63,581 nt of DNA, filler included, from Choristocarpus tenellus KU-1152 (GCA_964200185.2; 11 parts of 11 records of this genome joined end to end with filler, not necessarily neighbours in it), one strand, 5' to 3'; positions 12,256 through 25,575 are shown, numbered from the whole stretch's first letter. Numbers and translations: made by a program. Notes: generated from the letters alone by a model not told the origin.

Positions 12256-15200
12256 AATCAAAGTCTGTTGGGATTTTGCACCCATAACACCTTTCTTGCT
12301 CAAGAGCATACATAAACAAATAATTACAAAAAAATCACGCCATAAATACTGCGATGGCAGGGTCTGAGGTAAATCTGAGCTCACAAGATAAGAGATCGAT
12401 TGTGCACAATCAGACGTCAGATTCAACATTCAGAGAAAAGAACAATTCTTGATTTTTCTTCAGATATTTGAGCTTCAGTAAAAAAATGCATCTAAAAAAT
12501 ATTACCAACAGAGAAGAAAAAAAAGTAAATTGTATCTCTTCAGTCCTCCTCTCAAACTACTACCTGTAGGACCACTCTTGCAAAGATTTCCAGACTTGAT
12601 GGATGCATTGACAAGCAACTGCGGGCATAGCAACCATTTCACACAAAAAAGAAGGGGGGGTAAAAAATCTTCTCACCATTTCCGGCAGTAGCAATGTTGC
12701 TGATCACAAAGTTGGCTTCCTTCTGCACTTCCCACTCGCCACCCTCAAGCAACTCAATGACGCCCGCAATTACTCCTGGTTGCATGCACACAGCTTCCAG
12801 TTGGGAAGGCGTTCCTGCTGCAACGTTGCTCAGCGTCCAACACGCCTCCTGCCACAGGAAAGAAACCAGGCAATCACATGAGGACATTCACAACCACCCC
12901 GAGGACACTAAAGCCAGAACACGAACTTTGAGGAAGGTGCCTGTTGCTCATTACCAAAACCTGTTCAAGCATCCCTTCTGCCACCTTACCATATTGTCTT
13001 CCTTCATTTCAACCAGAAAAAAATACAAAATTCTAGCCCTAAGCAGTACATTTTCTTACTGAAGCATCTTGTCAGTATCACGAACATTTTCTTGACTGCA
13101 AAAACAGTTGCTTGTCCACACACATCAATTGGATCGGCACTCAAAAAAGGCAGTTGCGCCCTTGAAAATTCCAACGGAAATAAAGACTCCCGACACATAC
13201 CTTTCTGATATTCTTCTTCTTATGGTGGAGCAAAGACTCCAGGAGAGGTAGGACTCCCACGTCCAGGACTGCCTGAGTTTGTGCATCCTCCCCAGTGACA
13301 AAGTTACCCAACGTACGCAATGCAGGGGTTACTACGTGGCAAGATTCATGGCCCAGGAGCTTGGCAAGATTGGGTGCAGTCCCAGCATCCATAATATGCT
13401 GAATGCGATCAGAATCCCCATCTGATAGGTATGACAGAGCCCAGCATGCGTCCACCAGAACCTTCAAAGGGCATATTACAGATAAGGTAAGAACACAAAA
13501 GGCAGCGAATAAGAAAAAAATTGTTGGGTCAGCTAATGCAAGATGTTCTTGAATTGACAAGACTTTTAGAAGTAGTTGCCCTTGGAACAGTGAAGTTTTT
13601 TGCTTTCTCGCTTCCACACTCACTGTAAAAAAACACACACATAAGTTGGACAATCAGAAAGTAAAAAGCTGCTCCTGTCACCAAGGACCAAGAAAACCAC
13701 AGCATTGTACAGGCACACCCAGACAACGTTCACAAAAAAAGCCAGACCCACCTCACTATCGTCACAGGTCAAAAGCTGAGAAAGGATTGGGACAGCCGGT
13801 TGGACCAATTCCATGTCTGGCTGGGGCTTGCCCCGGCAAAAGTTGCTCAAAGCCCAAACACAGTTATGCAGGAGAGATGCTGAGGCTGGCTGGGTAACGT
13901 TGATTAGCAAACCCTCAAGGGCATTAGTTGAGCAGAGTACACTATTCCTCAGATCCTGAAAATGGGAGGGTGAAGGGGCACAAGGGGATGGTCATTACTA
14001 TTGTAGCCTGTGATCACTGCTTGAGAAAGCGAGGTTCATGACTGCAACACCACCTTGCTCCCAACTTTACCGCTTGTTAGAAGTGTTTGGTCTTTCCACA
14101 GTTGCCATAGCATCTGGATCGCAAAACACAACTGATGTCACTGCAAAGCGACCAGACGTTTGTTTTGGAGTACTAATGTGCACAAGCACTAATGCATGGG
14201 TAGAAAAGTTGTTGATAGCCTGTTGAGTGTAACAGCTATCCAGAAAATTAGTTAGTTGATAAAGGACAGGTTTCGCTTACCACACTGTCACCAGCAATGT
14301 TTCCAAGGCACCAGGCACACTGCTCACGAAGCTCAGGGTTGTGATGTCTGAGGTTGCGAACCAGGGCTGGAACAGCACCCTGATCAACAACGACTTGAGT
14401 CTTGGTCGTGGAGGCAATGTTCGTCAGAGCCCACGCCGTCTCAAACTTCGGATTGAAGAAGGAAGCACGCAAGTGGGGGGTTGGTGAGAGGAAATTCAGA
14501 CCAATTTGAGTGTTGATGTGATACACAGTTTTGGAGAACTGCATCAACCAAAACCATATGGGTCGCAATAGATGTAAAGTGCATTGCAAATTATCGGCAT
14601 GGCATCGGGGTAGAAATCGATTAAAAGCAAGAGCCCGCCTATGCAATACACCTTCCACGACGTGGCCCCCACGACGCAAGGTTTATGAGAAATCGAGGGA
14701 TGACAAGCACAGATGAAGGGTTGAGTTATAACGTACGCCTTAAAGTAGTGACTTTGCAACTTAATGACGCAGGCACGGTTGATATGTTTAAGTGTGAGCC
14801 AAGCACAGGTAGTTGGTTGTATTGCACGAATTGCAGCCATCAACTCTCACCTGAAGGTCGGTGTTATCATTCTCGTCCAAATATTTCACTAGGAGTGGCA
14901 TCGCACCAGATCTGATAACCTCTTCGACCGGTGGGTTTCCCTCCCGAGATAGTAATTTTCGCAGACCCCTGGCCGCATCAGTTCGCACATCATGTACTGG
15001 AGATGTGAGGGCTTGAGCCAAACTAGGAATATCCCTTACGGTGTACACTCGTGGGGCCACTGGACAATTATTTCTAGTCTTCAGTGGTTCTTCCTCGGGA
15101 CCAGATAATATCGAAGCCGTGTTGCGGCGCTTGGCGAGGCCCTGTTCTTTCTTCAGCTTTCGGAGGTTTACAGTCGTCTCTCCCCTCCGTCTACGAAGGT

Positions 15201-15261
15201 CCGTGGAGTCATGACCCTTCTTAAGGTCCTGACGCTTGATGGTTGCAGCAGTAGAAGACAT
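11172..15261 (-). CDS. KPNA: Importin subunit alpha (IBB + ARM repeats), 3'-truncated by contig end
   Basis: Exons 15261-14851, 14445-14281, 13955-13752, 13461-13201, 12848-12677 and 11350-11172, phases 0,0,0,0,1. IBB domain with RRRR and KRRN. ARM motifs FETAWALTNIAS, EQCAWCLGNIAGD, WALSNFCRGKPQP, DACWALSYLSDG, PALRTLGNFVTG, EACWTLSNVAAG, EANFVISN. Confidence 0.97.
12183..12250 (+). repeat. Poly(A) homopolymer in importin-alpha intron 5
   Basis: Uninterrupted A run of about 68 nt. Confidence 0.95.
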
Positions 15262-15592
15262 GACTAACACGACTGTGGGTTCAGGCGCCTAAGTGTACTC
15301 TCCGAAGGGAACTTGCAAAGGTTCCTGCTGTGTTCTCTGCTGTAGGTGTGTGTTTGAGCCACAACCACCATTACAAAAGAATGTGAAGTGATTTTTTGCC
15401 GTTGGTATTTTTGTTAGGATATCTAGTGAGTATATGATACTACTAATAGTATTATTGTATGGTAGTACTTAGAATTATAAGTATAGGAAATGTATTATTT
15501 TGTTTTGCTCACGAATTCTGGATTATTAATATTATTTTATTCTACATTTGTATTCCTCCCTATTCCCTTTTCTCCCTATATTCTAACCCTTG

Positions 15593-15743
15593 TGACCAAC
15601 CAGTGCGACCTCTTCGCCCCTGATTTCCAGTCACCCACATATCTGATGACCAACCAGGGCGAACCACCTTCGCCCCTGATTTCCAGTCACCCCCCCTATC
15701 CGATGACCAACCAGTGCGACCCCTTTCGCCACTGATTTCCGGT
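15593..15743. repeat. Three-copy 54-57 bp tandem repeat, each unit with a small hairpin
   Basis: Units start at 15593, 15647 and 15704 (TGACCAACCAG(T/G)GCGA...TTCGCC(C/A)CTGATTTCC). Confidence 0.85.
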
Positions 15744-16206
15744 CTCTAACACCCCTTTCAACCCCACTCAACCCCACACCAGTTACCACTTCAGTAAGCC
15801 CCACCCCACTTACCGCTCCACCACACCACTCAACACCACTCAACACCACTCCACAATAATCCAAGAACCCCCCTTCATCATCCCCTTCATACCGTGCCTT
15901 TGAGCTAGAAGACATCTACCCTGTCCAAACTTGACCTCCCCTCCCACCCTGAGATCCAAGTCAATCGTGAGCAAGTGACAGGGCAGATAGGCGGGAAAGC
16001 TTGCTCGGGGGTCCTCTTGATCTAGCCTTCCTCGTCTTGTCCCCCAGCCTCAGGTTTCCTCATTCGATTCAATACTGTTCATTCCTTCTCCCCTTGTGCC
16101 TCCGTCNNNNNNNNNNNNNNNNNNNNNNNNNNNNNNNNNNNNNNNNNNNNTTAATTAATTAANNNNNNNNNNNNNNNNNNNNNNNNNNNNNNNNNNNNNN
16201 NNNNNN

Positions 16207-16235
16207 CTCCCCCCCCCCCCCAGATACTTTGGGTC
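16207..16235. mobile_element. MITE-like family A terminus at contig start
   Basis: poly-C + CAGATACTTTGGGTC. Confidence 0.7.
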
Positions 16236-17846
16236 TCACTTTCAACAATTACAAGGTTGAAGAATCATAGGGATATGATGAATCTAAACGCTGGGCTGTA
16301 TTAATACATTCGGACAAGTGCAGCATACATGACGTGAGAGAAGAAAGGCATCATTAAACAGCCGAACAATGTCGAATACCTAGTGTTGTACTACGTCGTA
16401 TGTGCTGATACAAGCATATCACACAGTTTCACGTACATTTATCTTTACTTCGGTATAATACAGAGTGCACATTACGGAATGGTGAATCAGTCTTTGGGCA
16501 TACGTGAAAGACATTGGATGGCTAAGGCAAAAAGGGCTTAGGATAATTAATTAACAGTGTATGTTCAACATGTAATCCACCAGCAGCTTCTGGCGACGAG
16601 CCATTCCCGCGCAAAGCTATTCAAGCGACAATAGGAGGGCAGGAAGCAGGAGTCGAGATGATAAGTGAGTCTGAAGGGTGTACACAGTCACAGGTGAAAA
16701 AAACAGAAACCGTAGTGGGGCATTAGATACGTGCACTATCAATAATGACATCATGGGGGGCGGGAAAGTAACAGGAAACATAGGGTGGAGTGCAGGAGTA
16801 GGGTGTCATAATACTATTCGCATCAAGGTTCGGGTATGGCGAAAAGGTCACTTTATCCCGCACAATACGAGCTGCAATGGGATGAACGAACAGGCCACCA
16901 ACTCAACAAGTGGACTTGAACTCGAAGGTCATTTTCCTCAGTGTGGTCAGAAATTTAGCATGACCAACGATGTTTGATCCCTCTCCCAACCAACGTTTGA
17001 CTGATTCGCCATTATTACTACTTTAGGCAACATAGAACAGAGAAGACACGTCAGGGGAAAAGCTTTGCTAGTTATATCAAGTCAGGCAGCCAAAATTATG
17101 CTGGCAACGCCAACCGCAGCACATGGGATACCGAGAACATCATGCGTAACACTGCCCATATGAGGCCATCTCTCATGCGGGAGCAATATTGTTCAACTAA
17201 ACATTTCGATCTTAGGAAGAAAATCGATAACGATTTCAGTGCAATATGGTGGCTTATGCTGGGACCAATCTTATAGTAGTATGTGTTCTTTTCATAAATG
17301 AATGTGTGACGATGCCCATTTCTAATGTCAAACCGACTTGTATTCCTCTTTGTCGGAGAGACTCTCATACAATTACGATGCCCGCTGGACCTCTTAGACT
17401 ACCACCTGCCATCGCAGCAGTCGAATGGGCCTTCAAGAGGTTCCTCAAAGACTTGTTCTGGGAACTTGGGTCATCTGCCCAGAAGGCCTACCAGGCGGTT
17501 GGCCCTACTCATGTGCAAAGACACTCGCCGAGTCGGGAAATAAAGTGAACCGTAAGAATTTCGGGACAGGCTGGCGACAGAGGCCTGTAACAACGTGGGA
17601 GCTCCTGGGTTCCCTGCCTGGGTCACCCAGGAACCAGAGGAATCGTGGGTGCTGGAGAGCCTGACCCTCTCGAAGATATTGTGCACAATGGAGGCCACCC
17701 GAAAAAGATGGTTTGTGGACACCCCATTTGCTGCATGGACCAAGTAGGCCAGGATCTGCAAAGATATGACAAACGTTGTGATGCCCTTTGCTTGTAGGTG
17801 AGACACAGATCCTTTGTTGCAGAGTGTGGACTATGTCAAGATGATG

Positions 17847-18000
17847 GGCTCAGGGTGTCTGGGAGGGGGTGGAAGCTGTCCATTTGGGGCCATTTTTTCC
17901 CATGTCGCGATTTTTGGGTATGATTTGGTTGCATACGTCGGATGGATAATGTAAGTGCATTTTTCCTGGTTATAACCCAAATGGACTTCTTGGTGTAGAC
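17847..18000 (-). mobile_element. MITE-like family A copy, truncated
   Basis: Reverse-complement match to 18290-18467 (GCTGTCCATTTGGGGCC...GCATACGTCGGATGGATAATGTAAGTGCA...TGGTGTAGAC). Confidence 0.8.
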
Positions 18001-18289
18001 GCAGTATCATAAGAAGAATTATAGAAAAGGAATGCTGTAGCAAGTAACTTATATTGAGTGATGAGTTGTTAGTGATCAAGGATGAGTGACAGGTCTACCA
18101 ATCCCCGCGCTTGGATGGTGTTTCTCACTTCAATTTTCAAACCACTACAACATAACTGAGAAGGAACTAATCTACATAAATCAATATCAAGACTTGGGAT
18201 CCTACACATTCTTTAATAGAGTAGGAAGTCGCGATTACGTTGACATCGAGTAAGGAGTCTGGCGGAGGAATTTATATTTTGTAAATGCT

Positions 18290-18467
18290 GACCCAAAGTA
18301 TCTGGGGGGGGGAAGGGGTTCTACACCAGAGTGTCCATTTGGACCAAAACCAGGAAAAGTGCACTTTCATTATCCATCCAACGTAGGGAACCAAGTCACC
18401 CAAAAATCGCGACATGAAAAAAATGGCCCCAAATGGACAGCCGCCACCCCCCCAGATACTTTAAGCC
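18290..18467 (+). mobile_element. MITE-like family A copy (~175 bp)
   Basis: TIRs GACCCAAAGTATCTGGGGG / CCCCCAGATACTTTAAGCC with a conserved internal core. Confidence 0.85.
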
Positions 18468-20663
18468 TAATATCCATGATAAGACAGGCTGGATACCACT
18501 GAAGTGGAGGTTAGGAGGATTTCAAGTAGAATTTTTACGCCCTAGAAAAAGCATCTTCATTGAACAGATCCCCCAAAGAGTAGGCTATCAATCTGATCTT
18601 AGATATCCTCATGCAAGGGCATTATGAACTAACTCACCATCTCGCCATCGGGGCATCTGTTTCAAAACCACAAAACGACGATCATCACCACTTCCCCCCA
18701 CTTCTTATTATACATTTTTGCGTTTATGTTTGGCTTTGTGTTGGTTTGTGATTTGGTGACCCCATTGGAGATAACAAGCCCACTGCTGCATGAGGGCTAC
18801 CCATTTCTTGTTTCGTTTTTATATATACATGTGGAGGTTTACCAGGTGGATAGATGCCCGATTTTATAGGGGTACCTCTACTCACATTGATCATTCCAAC
18901 CCTAACACTAGCACAAATAATACAAACTGAATATACTGGACAGTAGCAAATATGAGTCTGCACTTCTGTATGGTCAGTAGATACCTCTCACGTAATATAT
19001 GAATATAGACTATAGATTAACACTAATTTGAGAAGGTTCACTGGGCATACAGATGCCCAGGTTTATACGGGCACCCCCACTCGTATTGATTATTCTAATC
19101 CTAGCCTCAACCCTGTCGCTAACCGTGGAAAATACCTCCGTATTAATAGTCTGTCAGATCAATAAAAACTGCAATGAGGGCTATGAGGAATTCTAACATC
19201 GGTAATTGTATCAAATTCCCCTGGGCGCACAGGTAAGAACAATTTCTCAATGAACTGCCAACTCGTGTAGTGGGTGGTGGGGAGGGGACTGAGGGTTTCA
19301 GCAAGAACAGAGCAGTGAAGTCACCTGCAGCAGGTCGTGTCCGTCACTGCACACTACAAAAATAAAAATCTCCGTCAGATATGTCATGCATTTATACTGG
19401 AGACACCCGTGGGTCAGTGGGCTAAGCAGGGTTCGCTGAATTGTGGGACACTTCCCATGCTTATTGATTGCTTTGATAGTGTCAGTTTGGGGCTTGACTA
19501 TATATAGTTGGCATACTGTAGTACAAGGTCTTGTTCTCTTATTTTCGAATACACTACAACTCTCGGTGTATCTGAAGGACTTTCCTGTATGTGAAGTACG
19601 GAGTCTTAAAGTTGTTGTGCTTCGTTATCAGTACACAGGCGAGCTACATGCGAGGATAAGAGCCGATACTGGTAATACAAAGACAGACAGACAAAGGGAT
19701 GGACGGAAAGGAAACACTTGATTTTACATGGTACATACTTTAGAGGGGATCAGAAAGGTTGTATGGACCCTTTTGGGGAGTAAATAGGCCCTCTGGGAGA
19801 TGCTGGACCTCCCAGGGGTTGTGGGTGGAACAGGGGAACAGAGGAAGGAGTGTGGCGTGATTTTTCGCGTCTTTGCACGCGAGGGAGCTTATGTTAATTA
19901 AAGTCAAGGTGTTGCGTTGTTAAAGTCTGACCTACATTGAACATTATTTGCTAAAATGGGATTCAAACTTCAAACATGTCACAAAGAGAAAAAACAACTA
20001 ACTGTACAGAGCCGATGCTGGCAAATACGGACAGACTGACCGATGGATGGGTGTGCGGACGGACGGACGGAATGGAATTACTTAGCTCACATGGTATGTC
20101 TATGAGAGATGAAAAGACAGCAATATATAGCTGGTGCTGTAAGATTTTCTATACTTTACTGTATTTTGATTTTTTAAATAATAATGCACCAAGCACATGG
20201 GCAAGCCTGTGCACAAAATCAAGAGCCGTTACCAGTAACAATGTGAAGTAGGATGGTAAGTGGTAGGTTGTAGAAGAGATGTATTTCTTCTTATGACCCT
20301 TGTTGCTTTAAGCTGTGTGTGTTGCCTTCTTTGAACTACCTCTTCAGCCACAGGTCTGGGATCCCTCATACTAACATGATGTCGATAAAACATGCAACTT
20401 AATACTAGGACTCAAGCCTCAACAAGTTAAAAACAGGAAAATTAGTTCTATAGAGCAGTAGTTTGTAAGGACATTGAATATTTAGTATTTTGAAAAAAGC
20501 ATGGATGAGAACGTGGGCAGGTCTACATGATAAGAATAGAGTCAGCACTGGTAACGTAAAAATAGAGACGGATGGATGGAGAGGAATCACCTGGGTTTAT
20601 ACTGTACGTACGTGAGAGAGACAGTACTGGTAACGTTTACTTGGTTTGATACGGTACGTGTGT

Positions 20664-20839
20664 GGCTCAAAGTATCTGGGGGTGGCGGCTGTCTATTTGG
20701 GGTCAATTTTTTCATGTTACGATTTTTGGGTGATTTGGCTGCATACGTCGGATTGATCATTTAAGGGGCACCTTTCCTGGTCATGACCCAAATGGACACC
20801 CTGGTGTAGACCCCCCCCCCCCAACAGATACTCTGGGCC
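20664..20839 (-). mobile_element. MITE-like family A copy
   Basis: GGCTCAAAGTATCTGGGGG ... CAGATACTCTGGGCC, flanked by TGT/TGT. Confidence 0.85.
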
Positions 20840-21512
20840 TGTGNNNNNNNNNNNNNNNNNNNNNNNNNNNNNNNNNNNNNNNNNNNNTTAATTAATTAAN
20901 NNNNNNNNNNNNNNNNNNNNNNNNNNNNNNNNNNNNNNNNNNNCAACGAGTTCTATGCTTGATATACGTGTTACCCCCCTCCCCCCCCCCCAACCTGCCT
21001 ACTTACCTCCCATTGATTGCACCTATTGTGTGCTTGAGGTGTGTAGTGTGATCTACGGGGATTTGAAGAGTCGGGAGGACACACAGAATAATAGGCAGAG
21101 GCAGCATAGACTGCTGGGTGTGATGTGTAAGTGTATGGCATCAAACAAATAAATAAGTCGCTCCAATTTGCTATCTGTGGCATCCTGAGCACTGTCCACT
21201 ACTCTACATGGGTCACTCTTGTCTTACTCATAGGGGCTTTGGTCTGTAATGTTGCTTGTGTAGGGCATGGCCTAATATATATGTAGTTAAATTTCTCACC
21301 AATCCCCTATTCCCTGGGGTCTTAGAGGTATAGTGTATCATTGTACTAAATTTGCAATGCTCATAGCCTTGTTAGCTCCTACTAACTTCGGATAGTATAT
21401 TGCTTTGTGAGCCCTTATCACCTTTCCCCTCATCATTTTCTGAATTTTGTGTTCACCATGTTTAACAAGAAGCCTTGACCTGTGTTTTCCTCTTATCAAA
21501 TGCATCTCCTAG

Positions 21513-23734
21513 CGAGTGTGGCCATCCTCAAGGATCTACGCTCACCTTCTGCATCAAGGCCATGACAGAATCTTCAGACTCATCCTGGTCTGCCAGGGCA
21601 CTGAAGACCTTGCAGGTGTTCCCCACTTGCATCCCCTCCCCAGTCTGTCTTGAGTCACCAGAAGCCTGACCTCACCTGCAGATCCAACACAGTCACAACC
21701 AAACCCGCAACATTTTTGTAGCATTTTTCAGAGAGGTGAGGGCTCGATGCTTAGGCCTCTTTGATGCTTTGAAGGCGATGAATTCACAACATCCCCACCT
21801 TGACACCCTATTCCTCTGTTTCTCAATCACGCTTGCCTCTATGTGATTACCTGTGAGATCAGGCAGGTGATACTGTTCGTATTGATGGTCCCTACGGTAA
21901 GGTCAGCATGCCCTTCTTCTCCTACCGGTCCTTGGTCATGTTTGCTGGAGGAATTGGAGTGACTCCTATGCTTTCTATTGTCCGTGACGCTCTCCACTCG
22001 TTGCAGGAGGGCAGAAGATACTACTCTGTGGAAAATGTACGTGTGATTTGTGGCTGCACTGTCATTGATTCTTTCTTTGGCAATAGAGTTAAATTCTGGC
22101 GGTGGTGTGGTACCTGCTATTGTGCATGGTGTACAACAGAAAGTATTAACCTCTCAGGGTACTACATTTTAAGTGATGAGCGTTAATGGATATGTAGGCA
22201 TATATATATATATAAATATAAATATATATACTTCAAAGTATATTTGGTATTGAAGATTTCTGTTTTTTTAAATGTTGAGCAACAGCTATCCACATTGTTC
22301 CTACCTGGGAGTCTGTGATGGCATCAAATGGTGATGTTCATGTCTCTATTTCCATCCACAAGGCACGTTACTACGCCACAACTCTGTGTTAGTCACCTGG
22401 GTTAGAATACCTCTCAAGCTAATTTGAGACTACCAGGGGTACCCTCGCCTTCCATTCCTCACTCCTATCTGCTTGACCCATGATCTCGCCCTGCACTTAC
22501 TTCTTACTGCCATGACTTGATTTGATGTGTTACCTGAAATGTTTGTGCTAGATGGAGCTTCACCTTGCTGTGCGGAGCCTTGAACTTCTGGATATAATGC
22601 AAGAGGAGATCCAAGAGATGCATAACAATTCCAGTCCACACCTATTATCGATGAAGATAAAAATTTATTTGACTGGTAAAGCCAGGGACCACAATGCTGT
22701 TGGTGCCATGGGTCAAGAGGAAAGTGCAGAGGAATCTGTTGTGGCTTACACCTCTGGCCGACCACATGTGATGGACATCCTCAGGTACAGTATGTTGATA
22801 TCTCAAAAGGTGTTCTGTGTGGCTACTCCAGTTGTAGTAGTTAGCTATAAACTTAATTTTTTTCAGGGCAAGTCTGTAGTATTCCAGGATTTTTGTGGGA
22901 GAAGAAAATACTTGGAAAAAGTGGAGAATGCAGTAAGAATAATAATTGTGCATCTCCTCACAGATTCTTACATAACGCAGTCTTGCTTTTGTGCCTTGCC
23001 TTGCTTTCTTCTTTCCTGAGTGCTCTTCAATGGATCCACACCCAAGCCAATAATGTGTATATATATATGTATGTATGTATATAAGTATTTAACTTTTGTA
23101 GTATCCAGAGCAACAGAAAGTGCCCCCAAACTTCACCAATCAAAACTAAGAGGTGAGGAGCTTGGGCAATGTAGTCCTTTTCGGTTAATCCACTCTCCAG
23201 TGCACAACATACCAACATGTGTTGATGCCAGTGTGTCCTTGTGTTGGCTTCTCCTACCTCCCCACCTGGTTCTTCTGATCACAGCCCTTGTTGTGCTTGA
23301 AAACGCTTCACATGGCACAGGATGTGTACTTGTTCACTTCTCAGGGGTATCTCACTTTGATGCTCACCTCCTGTATCCTATGTGTATTGCTTGACTGTCC
23401 CAGGTCTCACGTTGCAGATGATGCAAAACAATCTACAAGGGGGATGGCATCTACAACTAAGGACCCCCCAATACAAAGGAACATTGAGGAATTGAGAACC
23501 CCATCAGCGTCAGCCACAGTCACCGGGGAGCAAGAACTGCCAACCATTAAGAATAGCCCCTCTGACCCCCATATAGTTGAAATATCTGATGAGTTCACCC
23601 CACCCCCCTCTTCAGAGGTGAATAGGTCTGATATTGCAGTCCTGGTGTGTGGGCCAGATGCCCTGAAGCTGGCAGTTGAGCGTGGGTGCTCCAGCCTTGC
23701 CCTGCGCTGCCATTCGGAAACCTTCCTATTTTAG
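21513..23734 (+). CDS. Ferric reductase / NADPH-oxidase family (FRO-like), FAD- and NADPH-binding 3' part; 5' end missing
   Basis: Exons 21513-21615, 21863-22036, 22552-22784 and 23404-23734 are phase-consistent. Motifs: LTFCIKA...SWS, VRIDGPYG, MFAGGIGVTPMLS, SGRP, VLVCGP, and C-terminal HSETFLF* (FRO-like rather than the RBOH HKENF ending). Confidence 0.9.
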
Positions 23735-25363
23735 CAGCATCCTGTGATGGGCACGGAGGGGTGCTTTGAGTTGTGGATAGTATTCTTGTTTCCAGACGGA
23801 TTGTGTGGTAAGAGAGGTCGTTTGTGGAACCTTTACCCAGTCATTCATACACGCCATCAGTGGGGTATCCATGGACATTTGTAGTTTATACGTTTGTGCT
23901 CTAGAATCTCGTTGCTGTATCCATGGACGTTTGCAGTTTCTATGCATCCATATACTTACAAAAAAAATATTATTGTCCCCATCCTGCTTCGATACATGGG
24001 TGGTGAAAGGTGGAATTGGGAAATGAGGAAGGAAATCGACTATCCGTTTGAGAGGATGGCATCGCTTGTATTTTATTTATTTTTTATTATTATTACTTGA
24101 CACTGTGTTTCCTTGGAAGGCATGCAGTCGAGGCAGTGCTGCCCGTGATGGGTGTGGAATAGCGAAGCTGAGATTGCTAGGTGGTATTCATATGCTGTTC
24201 ATATTAGTAGACAACCCTTTTTTGTTAATACTCATCTGCTGAAGGGAATGGTGTTTCACTTTTTGTTTTAGGAGGGATGTTGCTGTGCGGTGGTGCTCCA
24301 GTGTTTGACTTGTTTTGATTGAGAGAGTGAATCGGTTGGCCCCCGCAGTAGAGGAAAGAGGCTTGTTGGTCCACCTATGCTTGGTCAGTCAGCAGTCTAT
24401 ATTCCACAATCGGTGGATCAGTTGCTGTTGCTCTAGTGTATGCCACATGGTAGTATATGTAATCTTCTAGTGGAAGTTAGGGTAAGAGGGTTCCCACGAG
24501 GTGTGCTTGCTGATGACAAGTGGTGGGACCAATAGCAGACTGTGAAGATTGTAATATTGAGGTGATGCTTTTACCCCAACATGTAACACTTTCCCATTGT
24601 ACAGAAACCTGATTGTAGAGAAATGAACATGGTCTCAAGTCTTGTGACCTACAGGAGCTTATGTTGTCATGATCATATGTTTTTTTCATTTTTTCATTCC
24701 CTATTTCCTTGAATATTTGGACCCTGCAACCTTGGGCTGATGTACTATTTCCTTTTGTGGGACCTCTATGGTAGCCTGTCAACTGTGGACTATTGTTCCA
24801 TTTTGGACGACAGGACATGCCTAACAGTGTAAGCACCTAACTTCAAAGATGTCTTGCTAATGTTGTAACCAAACTCAATGGGATTGTGTTAGTCCAGCTT
24901 GGAGCAGCAGGCTACATTTAGTCATCTTGGTTTTTCTTCTTCCATGGGGGTGGTATGCAAGATGGCCCTGCTTCACTTGATCTTATTTATTTTTTATTTC
25001 AGGCATGGCAGGATATTTCCGGTCAAAGACATTACAATGCTTCGAGTGTGACACACACATGGTCCATCCCTCATTGCCACAAATAATGTTCATACATAGT
25101 ACATGCCTAAACTACGCTTCTCAATTCTGGCACAAGAAAATTGGCAGCTTGAGCCTTTGAATCACTCCTGCTGTGAGTACCTAGAGCTATAACTGTGCTT
25201 CTGAGTAGTGTCAAGATTGATGAAGTTTGATGAGCAATGTAGTAGTAGGATATGTTGGAGGAATACCCCCTGGTAGGTAGTCTTTTGTATCACTTTGACT
25301 AGTCCATTTGTGATGATATTTTATGCGCAAGTCCTCCCCCTTAAAGATTGATGTAAATCTTCG

Positions 25364-25575
25364 CTGGTGGGAATAAGGCTCGAGGTCTGCAGGACACACT
25401 ACTTCAACAATACTCTTTTACATCATATAATATTATTCACTGGTGGGAATATGGCTCGAAGTCTGCAGGACACACTGCTTCAGCAATACCCTTTTACCTC
25501 TTTAAATGTTCTCCACTGGTGGGAATATGGCTCGAAGTCACAACAGGACTCACTACTTCAACACTACTGCTTAAT
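25364..25575. repeat. Three-copy 76 bp diverged tandem repeat
   Basis: CTGGTGGGAATA(T/A)GGCTCGA(A/G)GTC...CAGGAC(A/T)CACT(A/G)CTTCA at 25364, 25440 and 25516. Confidence 0.85.

Noticed and set aside
10857-12429. Poly-Lys and poly-Phe ORFs (10857-11123, 12016-12429, 12124-12315)
   Set aside because: They are translations of poly(A) runs in an intron or at a contig end; one runs into the N linker.
15643-15670. Hammerhead ribozyme core (CTGATGA...GAA), also seen near 53272
   Set aside because: No GAAA, and no closing stems I and III could be drawn.
16678-17806. Several overlapping 70-110 aa ORFs
   Set aside because: No recognisable motif or consistent splice structure; probably a decayed repeat.
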